From positions 64,001-128,000 of the forward strand of contig CBDDDZ010000004.1 in assembly GCA_965226795.1 (NCBI GenBank): 64,000 bases of DNA, given 5' to 3'. How positions within the stretch are numbered: position 1 is the stretch's first letter; each line of letters opens with the position of its first letter. Below are positions 11,295 to 19,601 of the stretch, piece after piece. The DNA comes from Candidatus Latescibacterota bacterium (lineage in GTDB: Bacteria; Latescibacterota; UBA2968; GCA-2709665). The notes beneath the pieces are model-generated. The model saw only the letters and a list, made by a program, of their open reading frames with translations. It made no database searches and was not told the origin of the DNA. The position numbers were made by a program, and so were the translations under genes.

Positions 11295-11594
11295 TCACGC
11301 TTGCCGAAGGCTTTGGCGAAAACCAGGAAATCGCGTCGACTCAATTGCGATTTGCGGGGTCAGATCGAGAAACCGAATTCCCGGATACGAGACCGCATGA
11401 ACCATCCACGCATCAACTGAACAAGGTAAGACGAGCCGCTGGTACTCAACTGATTTCGCAACTTCCCAACATGAAATCGCACTCACACCGAGACCTTGAG
11501 ACTCATATTGTTCCAGCCACGCCACTTGCAATCTGGTGAGGCGAACGTCTCCGTGAACCCACCAGATCCAGATATGCGTATCCAGCACAATCAT
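11295..11594 (-). pseudogene. vapC: PIN-domain (VapC-like) toxin, C-terminally truncated
   Basis: MIVLDTHIWIWW and SAISCWEVA motifs; lacks the usual H.DPAD..I.ATA C-terminal segment after ESTRFPG. Confidence 0.8.
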
Positions 11595-11805
11595 TGTGAC
11601 ACGCTCCAATCTCCATCCGCAACCGGTTCCGTCGGATCAAGATATTTTATCGGTGTGCCGCGCAGTGGATAGCGGTCTTTCTCGTTGCGTTTTGACGAGC
11701 ACTGGGAAATAATGACTCAACCGCCTCTCCTGCCTGGAAAGGCAGATCCTCCAGTACTACCGTTCTGTCCTCGCGTACAACCGTTTCAACGCGATGGGCA
11801 TTCAT
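11591..11805 (-). pseudogene. Putative antitoxin partner of the PIN toxin, frameshifted near 11716
   Basis: GGAGGTG RBS; MNAHRVETVVREDRTVVLEDLPFQAGEAVE then, after a 1-nt shift, VIISQ...YPLRGTPIKYLDPTEPVADGDWSVSQ*; ATGA overlap with the toxin start. Confidence 0.7.
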
Positions 11806-11860
11806 TTCGCTCACCTCCAGATTTTGGCCTCAACCGTGAGCTATTGAAAAGGCTCGGTCG

Positions 11861-11876
11861 TCAGTGACAACACTGA
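11861..11876. promoter_or_regulatory. Palindrome upstream of the TA operon, candidate autoregulatory operator
   Basis: tcagtg-acaa-cactga about 56 bp upstream of the antitoxin ATG. Confidence 0.35.
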
Positions 11877-12064
11877 ACAATTTTAGATTTCACGGAGTGG
11901 CGTACGTCCTGTCGCTGACTTGCCTGCGGATTCGTCCGTGCCGGACGTGAGACATCAGGTAAGATCACGGAAAAGGAAGAAAATCGGACGCTTCCCCGAA
12001 ATACCCGGCCCCAAGGCATGGCTCCTTTTCTTAGGGAATTATATACAAAAGTAAACGTTTTTCC

Positions 12065-12093
12065 TTGACAACCACCAAAATTTTGTTTATCTT
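12065..12093 (+). promoter_or_regulatory. Sigma70-like promoter of the transposase
   Basis: TTGACA-N17-TATCTT just inside IRL. Confidence 0.65.
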
Positions 12094-12134
12094 TCTACTG
12101 TAATTAATAAGCAATTGATTCTTTGGAGGTTATC

Positions 12135-13073
12135 ATGAGACACAAAGCGCCGGGAAGATCAGACAGAGAAGGCATTACGTTGATTCAGCTATTCGACAAA
12201 TTCCCGAATGATGAGGTAGCTGAACAGTGGTTTATTGAAAAACGTTGGAACAACAACATCCACTGTGCGCATTGTGACAGCCTGCGTATTAAGCGCAATG
12301 GCGGCCATCCGACAATGCCTTATCATTGCATGGATTGCCGCAAGTTTTTCTCTGTCAAAACCGGCACACTCATGCAATCGTCAAAGATCGGTTATCGCAA
12401 GTGGGCAATAGCGATCTATCTTATGACAACCGGGATAAAGGGAACATCCAGTATGAAGTTGCACCGGGATATTGGCGTGACCCAAAAGACCGCTTGGCAC
12501 ATGGCCCACAGAATCCGGGAAACATTCGATAGAGGGGAAGCGATGTTCGCCGGTCCGGTAGAGGTTGACGAAACCTTCATCGGCGGAAAGGAACGGAACA
12601 AGCATGCCAGCGAGAAGCTGAACGCTGGCCGTGGTACTATTGGCAAGACCGCCGTTGTGGGAGCGAGAGACCGGGAAACGAACAAGGTTGATGCTGAAGT
12701 ATCGCACGTGATTGACGGACCGGCCCTGAAGGGCTTTGTTGGTCGCCATGCAGAGAAGGGCGCAACCGTATATACAGACGAGGCAGCAGCCTATAAGGGA
12801 CTGTCAGGGGTGCATCACAAAGCAGTAAAGCATGGTGTTGGGAAATACGCTCAGGGGCAGGCGCATACAAATGGCATTGAATCTTTTTGGTCATTGCTCA
12901 AGCGGGGATACTACGGAACCTATCACAAGATGAGTGATCAACACTTGAAACGTTATGTCAACGAATTCAGCGGAAGGCACAACATCCGAGATCTGGATAC
13001 AGCCGATCAGATGGCGGACGTTGTGATTAATATGGTTGGTAAGAGGTTGCGGTATAAGGATCTTATTGCTTAA
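12135..13073 (+). CDS. IS1595-family (ISXO2-like) DDE transposase
   Basis: Zn ribbon CAHC..CMDC, VEVDETFIGG, VYTDE and HTNGIESFWSLLKR motifs; GGAGG RBS. Confidence 0.97.
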   Translation: MRHKAPGRSDREGITLIQLFDKFPNDEVAEQWFIEKRWNNNIHCAHCDSLRIKRNGGHPTMPYHCMDCRKFFSVKTGTLMQSSKIGYRKWAIAIYLMTTGIKGTSSMKLHRDIGVTQKTAWHMAHRIRETFDRGEAMFAGPVEVDETFIGGKERNKHASEKLNAGRGTIGKTAVVGARDRETNKVDAEVSHVIDGPALKGFVGRHAEKGATVYTDEAAAYKGLSGVHHKAVKHGVGKYAQGQAHTNGIESFWSLLKRGYYGTYHKMSDQHLKRYVNEFSGRHNIRDLDTADQMADVVINMVGKRLRYKDLIA

Positions 13074-13231
13074 CTGTTGAGAATTGCATCTCTTACTGCT
13101 TTGATTGTCTTTTCGTTGTCCTCTTTCACTTGCCCAAGAACCTTGGCAGTGGAGTCGTCTACCGCTCCCTGAATGACATCCGCCAACGCAGATGCAAGCA
13201 CCTGAACCTTGCCGTTAAGTCTATCACTCAT
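13070..13231 (-). CDS. Small passenger protein, 53 aa, predicted helical
   Basis: GGGGG RBS then MSDRLNGKVQVLASALADVIQGAV...AVRDAILNS*; stop overlaps the transposase stop; below the ORF-track cutoff. Confidence 0.55.
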   Translation of the reverse strand: MSDRLNGKVQVLASALADVIQGAVDDSTAKVLGQVKEDNEKTIKAVRDAILNS

Positions 13232-13246
13232 TTTCCGATCCCCCTT

Positions 13247-13402
13247 TTATGCCGTTTTCTTCTCCAGGTACCGCCATTGTGACGTATCCTTAACTGGCGT
13301 TCGCATTAGAACCTTAACCACATCTTCACCGTCCCGGTCGATCTTTTCCGGCATCGGTTTCTCTACTGGCCTTCCACGCTTGCGAGTCTTTTGAGTTTCC
13401 AC
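13247..13402 (-). CDS. Small basic passenger protein (51 aa; 58 aa if it starts at ATG 13423)
   Basis: AAGGGGGG RBS, GTG start; ETQKTRKRGRPVEKPMPEKID...WRYLEKKTA*. Confidence 0.55.
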   Translation of the reverse strand: METQKTRKRGRPVEKPMPEKIDRDGEDVVKVLMRTPVKDTSQWRYLEKKTA

Positions 13403-13536
13403 CGCGCCCCCCTTTTGGGCCATTTCATGAATAGAATTATCTATGTAACATCCTATAATATAAGAAGATATGGCTCAATTGTAAAGCTATAAATATTTAG
13501 GTATTGCCCCCCCCATTGTGGTTATTATCTACTGAA

Positions 13537-13565
13537 AAGATACTGAAAAGATATTCAAATGACAA
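13537..13565 (-). promoter_or_regulatory. Sigma70-like promoter facing the transposase
   Basis: Minus-strand TTGTCA-N17-TATCTT; overlaps an 11-bp tandem tactgaaaaga x2 (13530-13551). Confidence 0.5.
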
Positions 13566-13679
13566 GTAAAAATCTCATAATCAATGTCGCATTGTCAGGC
13601 AATTTTTTCTGGCCTATTGTGGGGGTTTAATATGAATGGGCAACAGTCGGACTTGCAATTGCGGCAAGAGTTTCTATGC

Positions 13680-14045
13680 TCATGGTGTTACCCTCCATCT
13701 GATAGTGATTCCCTTCAAGATTCTGTCGTTACCCAGAATCCCAAAAGTCATAAACTCCTCAATCTCCAAGCTTGTATCTTTCTGGGGAGAATCTAAAATA
13801 ATCGCATGCGCGCCTATCTTCATGCCCTTCTTTTGTAGCCTGTTTACCATATCGGTATACGCGTCTGAAGATCCCTTTGTTTCGAGTATGGCGATCTTCT
13901 CAAACGGTTTCTTGGGAGTCTCAAAAAGTATTTCAACGGATTGCGTTGGCGGGAAGGTTTCCCCATGGCGAACCATGGCAACCTTCGTTGGCGCAGCTAA
14001 ACAACCGCTAACAAGCAGAGAAACAACTACTATCAAAGTTCGCAT
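13680..14045 (-). CDS. Passenger lipoprotein of unknown function
   Basis: MRTLIVVVSLLVSGC lipobox; AGGATAAGGAC upstream. Confidence 0.75.
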   Translation of the reverse strand: MRTLIVVVSLLVSGCLAAPTKVAMVRHGETFPPTQSVEILFETPKKPFEKIAILETKGSSDAYTDMVNRLQKKGMKIGAHAIILDSPQKDTSLEIEEFMTFGILGNDRILKGITIRWRVTP

Positions 14046-14152
14046 GTCCTTATCCTCGATGAAGGTTCTTTATTAGATCTGATTGGAACACTTACCCACA
14101 AGTCAACCTGTCAGTAACCGAACCGGCAGGCTGATTTTGTTTGTATAATTTG

Positions 14153-14180
14153 TTGACAACTGCTGATAATTTCTTATATT
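14153..14180 (+). promoter_or_regulatory. Sigma70-like promoter with no convincing downstream ORF
   Basis: TTGACA-N16-TATATT. Confidence 0.5.
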
Positions 14181-14186
14181 TATGGT

Positions 14187-14345
14187 GGTTACATTCCCTT
14201 AAGAAGGTTTCTAAAAAATTGGCGACCCCATGAAAAGGGCCGCGCCCTGGGGGATTACCCAACCAACTTGGATCCCTCATTGCAGTCGGCACCATGGCCG
14301 ACTTGAGAGCGTTGGTACACTTAAGAACCCAGGGCGCGGCTTTTG
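14187..14345 (+). ncRNA. Candidate structured small RNA
   Basis: Four nested helices between 14239 and 14340, followed by TTTT, downstream of the promoter above. Confidence 0.45.
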
Positions 14346-14409
14346 CTATAAATAGAAAATTGGGACATTCCAACGAAGTGGTTAATATGTAGGAGGTATA
14401 GCTAAATGA

Positions 14410-14613
14410 TCAGCTTTGATTGGAAATCTGCTGTGCCGCATTCTTCAGGACATTGGCCAACTCAAGGGCTTGATAAGCCTCTAGACCACAATAAAACTCG
14501 ATTTTTTGCAAGTGCGGTTTGGGACCTACAGACTCAAGTTTTAATAGAACAGCGTCATGCTCCAACCGAACTTCATAATGTGTAGCTACTCCAACGTGCG
14601 GTTTTTTAGACAC
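14410..14613 (-). CDS. Small hypothetical passenger protein (67 aa)
   Basis: AAGGAGG RBS, GTG start. Confidence 0.6.
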   Translation of the reverse strand: MSKKPHVGVATHYEVRLEHDAVLLKLESVGPKPHLQKIEFYCGLEAYQALELANVLKNAAQQISNQS

Positions 14614-14786
14614 AATCCCCTCCTTGCAGAAAAACCTTTCCTGGTTTCATTGAACAAGTCCATTTTCAGCTTCCATGTTGATCTTGCTGGAGGGTTGTGC
14701 TTGGTATCTGATGAAAAGATTTACGAATAACAAGTAAAAATCCCACTATATGTTAGTTGTTTACTTTTGTATATAATCCCCTTTTC

Positions 14787-15074
14787 TTACGCTGCTTGTG
14801 GCTTGACGTAAATCTCGACCTGCATCCCCGCCCGCGTTAACATATTTATCAGTTTATCCACACTAAAGCGACCAATATCCCCCTTCATCAAGTTGCTGAT
14901 TCGCGGTTGTGACTCGCCGAAGAATTCAGCAGCCTGACGTTGCGTCCACCCGTTGGCTTCAATGAACTTTCTCAGGTCGAGCATTAAATCGGCCCGGACC
15001 TTTAAGCTCGCCGCTTCTGCCCGATCAAAACCGATATCTTCGAAAACACTATCGCGGCCCTGGATCACTTCCAT
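14787..15074 (-). CDS. XRE-family HTH protein, HigA-like antitoxin
   Basis: SVFEDIGF...WTQRQAAEFFGESQPRISNLMKG...FSVDKLINML pattern; AAGGAG RBS. Confidence 0.88.
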   Translation of the reverse strand: MEVIQGRDSVFEDIGFDRAEAASLKVRADLMLDLRKFIEANGWTQRQAAEFFGESQPRISNLMKGDIGRFSVDKLINMLTRAGMQVEIYVKPQAA

Positions 15075-15086
15075 AGCGTTCTCTCC

Positions 15087-15140
15087 TTATCTGCCTTGCC
15101 TGTGTCTGATCAGTGTTCGGTAATGTTGCCGGCCAATCTG
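15087..15140 (-). pseudogene. Possible C-terminal stump of a RelE/HigB-like toxin
   Basis: QIGRQHYRTLIRHRQGR* ends at the antitoxin RBS; no matching upstream body recognised. Confidence 0.4.
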
Positions 15141-15295
15141 TTCAACATACGACAAATATACCTGATTCGGCATACAAGACAACTGCACCGCCTGCAGTTG
15201 ATCCAGATTCACTTACCATGAACGGAATCAACTCCTTCTGGTTCAGTCGGTTATCCAGAGACGGTCGTCTTGACATCCCGGGCCTGCTAACGCTG

Positions 15296-15327
15296 AAAGA
15301 AGAACGGCGTTGCATAGAGCAACGCCG
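15296..15327 (-). terminator. Rho-independent terminator
   Basis: 9-bp stem cggcgttgc/gcaacgccg followed on the minus strand by ttcttcttt. Confidence 0.7.
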
Positions 15328-15365
15328 CGTGCATTTGTGCCATTGTGTATGGACGGTTGTTCGGG

Positions 15366-16508
15366 TCAGACCTTGATTTCCCACAGGTATCCGCTGCGGT
15401 AGGGGCTGTCGTTCTCCCCGGCGTAGATTGTGCCGTCGGGCGTCACAGCAACGTCGTGGACCTGCCAGCAGTCGGCGTCCCCGTCGGACACGGTCCCCAA
15501 CAGATCCCACGATTCCGAATCGGCGTCGAATCGGATCACCTCGCACTTTCCGTCCCGTCCGGTCACGCCGTAGGCGGCCCCGTCGGGTCCGGGCTTAAGT
15601 GTTGTCAGCCTGCTGCGCCGGTCTGCAACGGGCGTACCCAGGTACGTGCCCATCCCGGTTTCCGTATCGATCCGGTAAATCGACCCGTTGGCGCCGCTGG
15701 CGAACATACGGCCTTCTCCCAGGTTGAAGATACCCTCAACTTTTTCATACCCGTAGCTGCCGTCCGGCTTGAGAAGGCCCGCATCGTAATACTCGATCCT
15801 GTCCGTTTCAGGGTTGAACTTGCACAGCCGGTTGCGGTCCACCCCCGCGAAATTCTGCCACGCCCGCGTCACGCTCCAGCCGCACCAGACGCATCCTTCG
15901 TCGTCCAGTTCGACGTTCTCACCCTGGGCCATTTCCATTCCGCTGCTGATCGGCCCCAGGTCGTCCGAACGCCCGTCAGCGAGGTTGAACCGGAACATCC
16001 GCTCCGGCGTAAACGTCATCCCGTAGATCAGGCCGCGTTCCTGGTCCAGGCAGATCGACTGGATGTACATATGGGGCATGGGAACCGCGATCTTCTGGAG
16101 TTCGCCCGTAGCCGGATCGTATTTTACAATCGCTCCGCCGGGCGCTTCCCAGTACCGATCGATATCGTGCAGGAGCGCTATTGCGCCGTACAGACACCCG
16201 TCTTTCTCCCACCTGACCAGCGACCTGTGGAACTTGGCGTCGAACGGATTGGCGACTTTTGCGTACCCCAGATCCACGAACTCGCCGGTCGCGCGATCAT
16301 AGGCGCGGAATATGTCGGCGTTGAAGGAAGTAATCCCCAGGTAAACGCGGTCGTCATCCGCGTTGTGATACACACTGTCCATGCTGATCCAGCCCTCGCG
16401 CCAGGCCGAATCCGACCGGAAATCGTTGTATTCCCAGCGATCCTCGACCTCCTCGTCCCACTGGTCGCCGTAGTTCACATCCTGCAACCTGAGTGCCTTG
16501 ACCTGCAT
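15366..16508 (-). CDS. Cytoplasmic beta-propeller protein of unknown function
   Basis: 380 aa with repeated blade-like segments (DGCLYG, GLIYG, DGAAYG, DGTIYAG); no signal peptide. Confidence 0.7.
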   Translation of the reverse strand: MQVKALRLQDVNYGDQWDEEVEDRWEYNDFRSDSAWREGWISMDSVYHNADDDRVYLGITSFNADIFRAYDRATGEFVDLGYAKVANPFDAKFHRSLVRWEKDGCLYGAIALLHDIDRYWEAPGGAIVKYDPATGELQKIAVPMPHMYIQSICLDQERGLIYGMTFTPERMFRFNLADGRSDDLGPISSGMEMAQGENVELDDEGCVWCGWSVTRAWQNFAGVDRNRLCKFNPETDRIEYYDAGLLKPDGSYGYEKVEGIFNLGEGRMFASGANGSIYRIDTETGMGTYLGTPVADRRSRLTTLKPGPDGAAYGVTGRDGKCEVIRFDADSESWDLLGTVSDGDADCWQVHDVAVTPDGTIYAGENDSPYRSGYLWEIKV

Positions 16509-16570
16509 CTGATTCTCCTTTCATGTTCATGTCGACGGTCTCACGGAATCCCGCCTCATCCCGCTTGCGC

Positions 16571-17815
16571 TTACACAGCCTCGCTGATCTTGTTCAACGC
16601 CCGGAAAAATTCGTCAAATACCTCCACGATGGCGGCCGCGATCTCGTGCTCTTTACCCTCTTGCCACTTGTCCGGCGTCAACCGGGCAAACGCCTTTGTG
16701 CCCTCGATCTCCGCCGGGGACAGCGGATCTCCCTTCAACTCGTCCAGGATCATCAAGGGATCCTCAACCGTCTCACCGGTCTTGATCTTCCAGAATGTAC
16801 GGAAGGGCATACGGAAGAAACTGTTGCCGATCCGCCCCAATTCGTTCTGAATCAGCCACGTAGTATCGAAGTGGGATGGCGCGTGTCCGTAAAAGTGGAG
16901 GCGGCCCTTCATCAGGCGTGAGAACTTGGCATTGTCGAAAATCACGAGCGATGGATCCACCGGCACCTCCTGAAGCGCCGACTTCCATGCGCCCATATCC
17001 GTGCCCGCCTCCTCGGGAATCAGCGTCACCGCATTCCTCAACCGCTCCAGTATGACGCCCAGCGCCTCTTCCAGTACATCCTCCAGTTGCGTCAGGCGGG
17101 GCTCCTCGTACCACTCAGGTATCTCGTATTGCGCGTGCAGAATCTCCCTGATGAGGTCCCAGCAGCGCAACCCTGGAAAATAACGTTCCGCGATCTCGTA
17201 CGCATCCAGCTTCCCGCAAATATTCCGCTTCTCCAGCACGCAGACGGCCGAGTGAACCGGCGGATTGAAATAATGCATGATCCGGCTGTGCAGCGGGTAC
17301 TTGTTTTCATGTACTCCCAGGTTGATCGCGGGATCGATCGTCCGGTTGTAGCGTCCGTAATACAGGCAGAACTTTTTCAGATGAAAGTACTCGTCCTTTT
17401 CATCCCACGGCCTCCGCGCGAGTTTGTCCAAAGCCGCGCCGAGTCTTTTCTGATCTTCGGTGAGATAGTACGTCCACTGATGGTATTCCGGATAGTAGTT
17501 CCGTTCCGACGTCAGTTCAGACCAGGTCAGATTCACGCCAGGCAGGTGCTCGAAGTTGCGCGCCCAGCAGGGGTATTTCTCGCAAAGCCTCAGGTGCGTC
17601 TCTCCCATCACCGTGGACAGTTGGCACCAGTCGTCCACCGTCATGCCGTCGTTCACGATAAACCGCGTGTCGAAATCGCTCATGCCCGGCAGCAGGTCGC
17701 GGAACATCCACTTACCCGCGATCGCCTCGATCTTGTCGCAATGGTAACGGCACGCTTCGTAGTACGTCCGGATATAGTCCGCAAAGTCGTTCTCCGGCCC
17801 GGGTGCGAATTTCAT
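16571..17815 (-). CDS. Hypothetical protein with nucleotidyltransferase-like N-terminus
   Basis: AIAGKWMFRDLLPGMSDFDTRFIV resembles the hG[S]x9-13DhD motif; AAGGAGGAG RBS. Confidence 0.6.
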   Translation of the reverse strand: MKFAPGPENDFADYIRTYYEACRYHCDKIEAIAGKWMFRDLLPGMSDFDTRFIVNDGMTVDDWCQLSTVMGETHLRLCEKYPCWARNFEHLPGVNLTWSELTSERNYYPEYHQWTYYLTEDQKRLGAALDKLARRPWDEKDEYFHLKKFCLYYGRYNRTIDPAINLGVHENKYPLHSRIMHYFNPPVHSAVCVLEKRNICGKLDAYEIAERYFPGLRCWDLIREILHAQYEIPEWYEEPRLTQLEDVLEEALGVILERLRNAVTLIPEEAGTDMGAWKSALQEVPVDPSLVIFDNAKFSRLMKGRLHFYGHAPSHFDTTWLIQNELGRIGNSFFRMPFRTFWKIKTGETVEDPLMILDELKGDPLSPAEIEGTKAFARLTPDKWQEGKEHEIAAAIVEVFDEFFRALNKISEAV

Positions 17816-17896
17816 CGCTCCTCCTTCATGGTGTCCCGTCCCAGAAATATGTCACCATTCATCCGCCGATTCATCCCGTCTCGCAGCGTTGTTTTT

Positions 17897-17940
17897 GCTG
17901 AGCTTGTCGAAGCAAGCTTGTAGACGTGCCCTGTCGAAGC
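17897..17940. repeat. REP-like gctgagcttgtcgaagc motif, nested
   Basis: Related nested motif at 62910-62949. Confidence 0.5.
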
Positions 17941-17970
17941 AACCGCGTCTCCCCAGCCGTGATTTAGATT

Positions 17971-18197
17971 CTTCGCCGCCCCGAAACGTCCCCTATTCCC
18001 TTGCCCTTTTTCTTGCATCGCCCAAGAAAAAGGGCGAAAAAGAAGGGCGCCGCTCGGCGCGGGGCCGGTTTTTCCGTGAATTACCTCACGGGCACAATGG
18101 CAATTAGCTGCCCTACGAGCCCTTTGGATGTACCAATACGAATGATGCTGGACGGGTTTAACACGGAAAAACCCCCATCCCTACGACCGTGCGCTTG
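17971..18197 (+). repeat. Structured non-coding element, copy 1
   Basis: 68 nt identical to 62993-63060; 13-bp and 12-bp perfect stems. Confidence 0.85.
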
Positions 18198-18450
18198 TTG
18201 GGACGAGACCTACCACCCTTCCTGAAGGAAGGGGGAACTCTCATTGGTTGAAGACATCTCGATGAGTTAAAATGTCCAAGTGAATTGTCTTGACGAGCCA
18301 TCGCGCGTTTTTTCTCCCCCTTTCCTTTAGGAGAGGGGGCCGGGCGGAGAGGTTACTGCGCTGACGTCAACTGATTGGTTTTTGATTCAAGCTGACGGCT
18401 GAAAGCTGATAGCTTTTTTTCCTGCTTCTGGTCGGCCGAATTCAGGCAAC

Positions 18451-19560
18451 CTATTTCCGGGACAGAACACTGGCATAGTGATCCAGAACTGATTCCGGTA
18501 CGTCTCGGTTGAGCACACCGCAGGAAAACAGATATTGACTCAGATATTGCGCGGGGACGCCCAAATACGCCTTTTCACCGGTACTCAGGTTCTCCCGTTC
18601 TCTGAACCCGCCGCGCCGCTCGTCGAACATCCCCACCGTCCAGTCCAGATGGGTCCTGAATTCAGCGGTATTCGTAAACGCTTTGGAACCGGTATGATGG
18701 TCATACAGCGCCATAATCCCCGCCATGGAGGTTCGCGCACGGACATCGGCGTACCGATTTCCGTTCTCGGTATAGTAGGCCTCGATCACCTTGAAATACC
18801 TACGGTTGCCCTCGATGGAAGATCGCATCCGATCCGCGTACCGGTTTCCATGGATCTCGAAAAGCACCCACATCATGTCCAGATCCAGCGTGGGATGCGG
18901 AACGGTCTGCAGATCGACACCCTTGCTCACCTCGAAGCCCGCCTTCCAGAATCGCTCCTCCTCGTTCCAGACCTGCCCGTCCACCACGTACTCCGTCGCC
19001 GGGCCCACAAGGGCGCCTGCGTCAGGCCGCTCCTCGGCCCAGAGGTGAAGCGCAAAGAGCGGATAAGGATCGTGCCCGCTCAGTTTGGATGCGTTCGACT
19101 CGTCACGAAAGCCGGTTTCGGGTGTGAACACACCAACTATATAGTCCAGGCACCGCTCCGCCGTCGCACGGTGCGGCCCCGGATCCGCCAATTCGCCGAA
19201 AATCTTCACCACCGCCGCCACGACGCCGGTCGTAAAGACAGACCTCCTGTCACCCATGCAAAGGAGCGGCAACGCGCCATCCGGCAACTGGCACCGCCCG
19301 AACAGAGCGAGGCGACGATCCAGGCACCCGAGGTATCTGTCAAGTAGCGTCTGGTTCCTTCTGACCATGAACGCAGCCTGAAGAACCGTGAACATCCCCT
19401 TCGCGTCGTAAATCTCGTTGTAACCCGCCCGCGAACCGGGGGGCCGGAAGTCTCCCCTATCCGTCTGGTACGCGACCAGAAAATCCGCGGCCGCCATGAT
19501 CAGACGGTGATGTTTAAACGCGGCAAATCCCACTTTCCACGCCCATGTGCCAAGTCCCAC
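18451..19560 (-). CDS. Hypothetical protein, possible alpha/alpha-barrel; start uncertain
   Basis: ORF downstream of 19602; YQTDRGDF and CQLPDGAL repeats. Confidence 0.55.
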   Translation of the reverse strand: MGLGTWAWKVGFAAFKHHRLIMAAADFLVAYQTDRGDFRPPGSRAGYNEIYDAKGMFTVLQAAFMVRRNQTLLDRYLGCLDRRLALFGRCQLPDGALPLLCMGDRRSVFTTGVVAAVVKIFGELADPGPHRATAERCLDYIVGVFTPETGFRDESNASKLSGHDPYPLFALHLWAEERPDAGALVGPATEYVVDGQVWNEEERFWKAGFEVSKGVDLQTVPHPTLDLDMMWVLFEIHGNRYADRMRSSIEGNRRYFKVIEAYYTENGNRYADVRARTSMAGIMALYDHHTGSKAFTNTAEFRTHLDWTVGMFDERRGGFRERENLSTGEKAYLGVPAQYLSQYLFSCGVLNRDVPESVLDHYASVLSRK

Positions 19561-19601
19561 TCCGGGGCCCGCCTCGCGTGCCGCCCCGGCTATGGGTGGT
19601 T

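Larger units (their letters stand above)
12034..14781 (+). mobile_element. IS1595-family insertion sequence with passenger genes (2748 bp)
   Basis: IRL gggaattatatacaaaagtaaac (12034-12056) and IRR gtttacttttgtatataatcccc (14759-14781) match 22/23; identical 8-bp flanks TTTTCTTA (12026-12033, 14782-14789); visibly more AT-rich than the flanks. Confidence 0.95.

Noticed and set aside
14092..14373. 93-aa ORF across the hairpin region
   Set aside because: No recognisable protein features, and the region is better explained by promoter plus RNA structure; not fully excluded.
15142..16850. ORFs 15142-15546 (-) and 15345-16850 (+)
   Set aside because: Alternative-frame or antisense shadows of real genes; the first runs through a terminator.
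17812..18225. Short ORFs here and at 62754-63609 with matching peptides
   Set aside because: The similarity comes from the non-coding repeat; frames are not preserved between copies.
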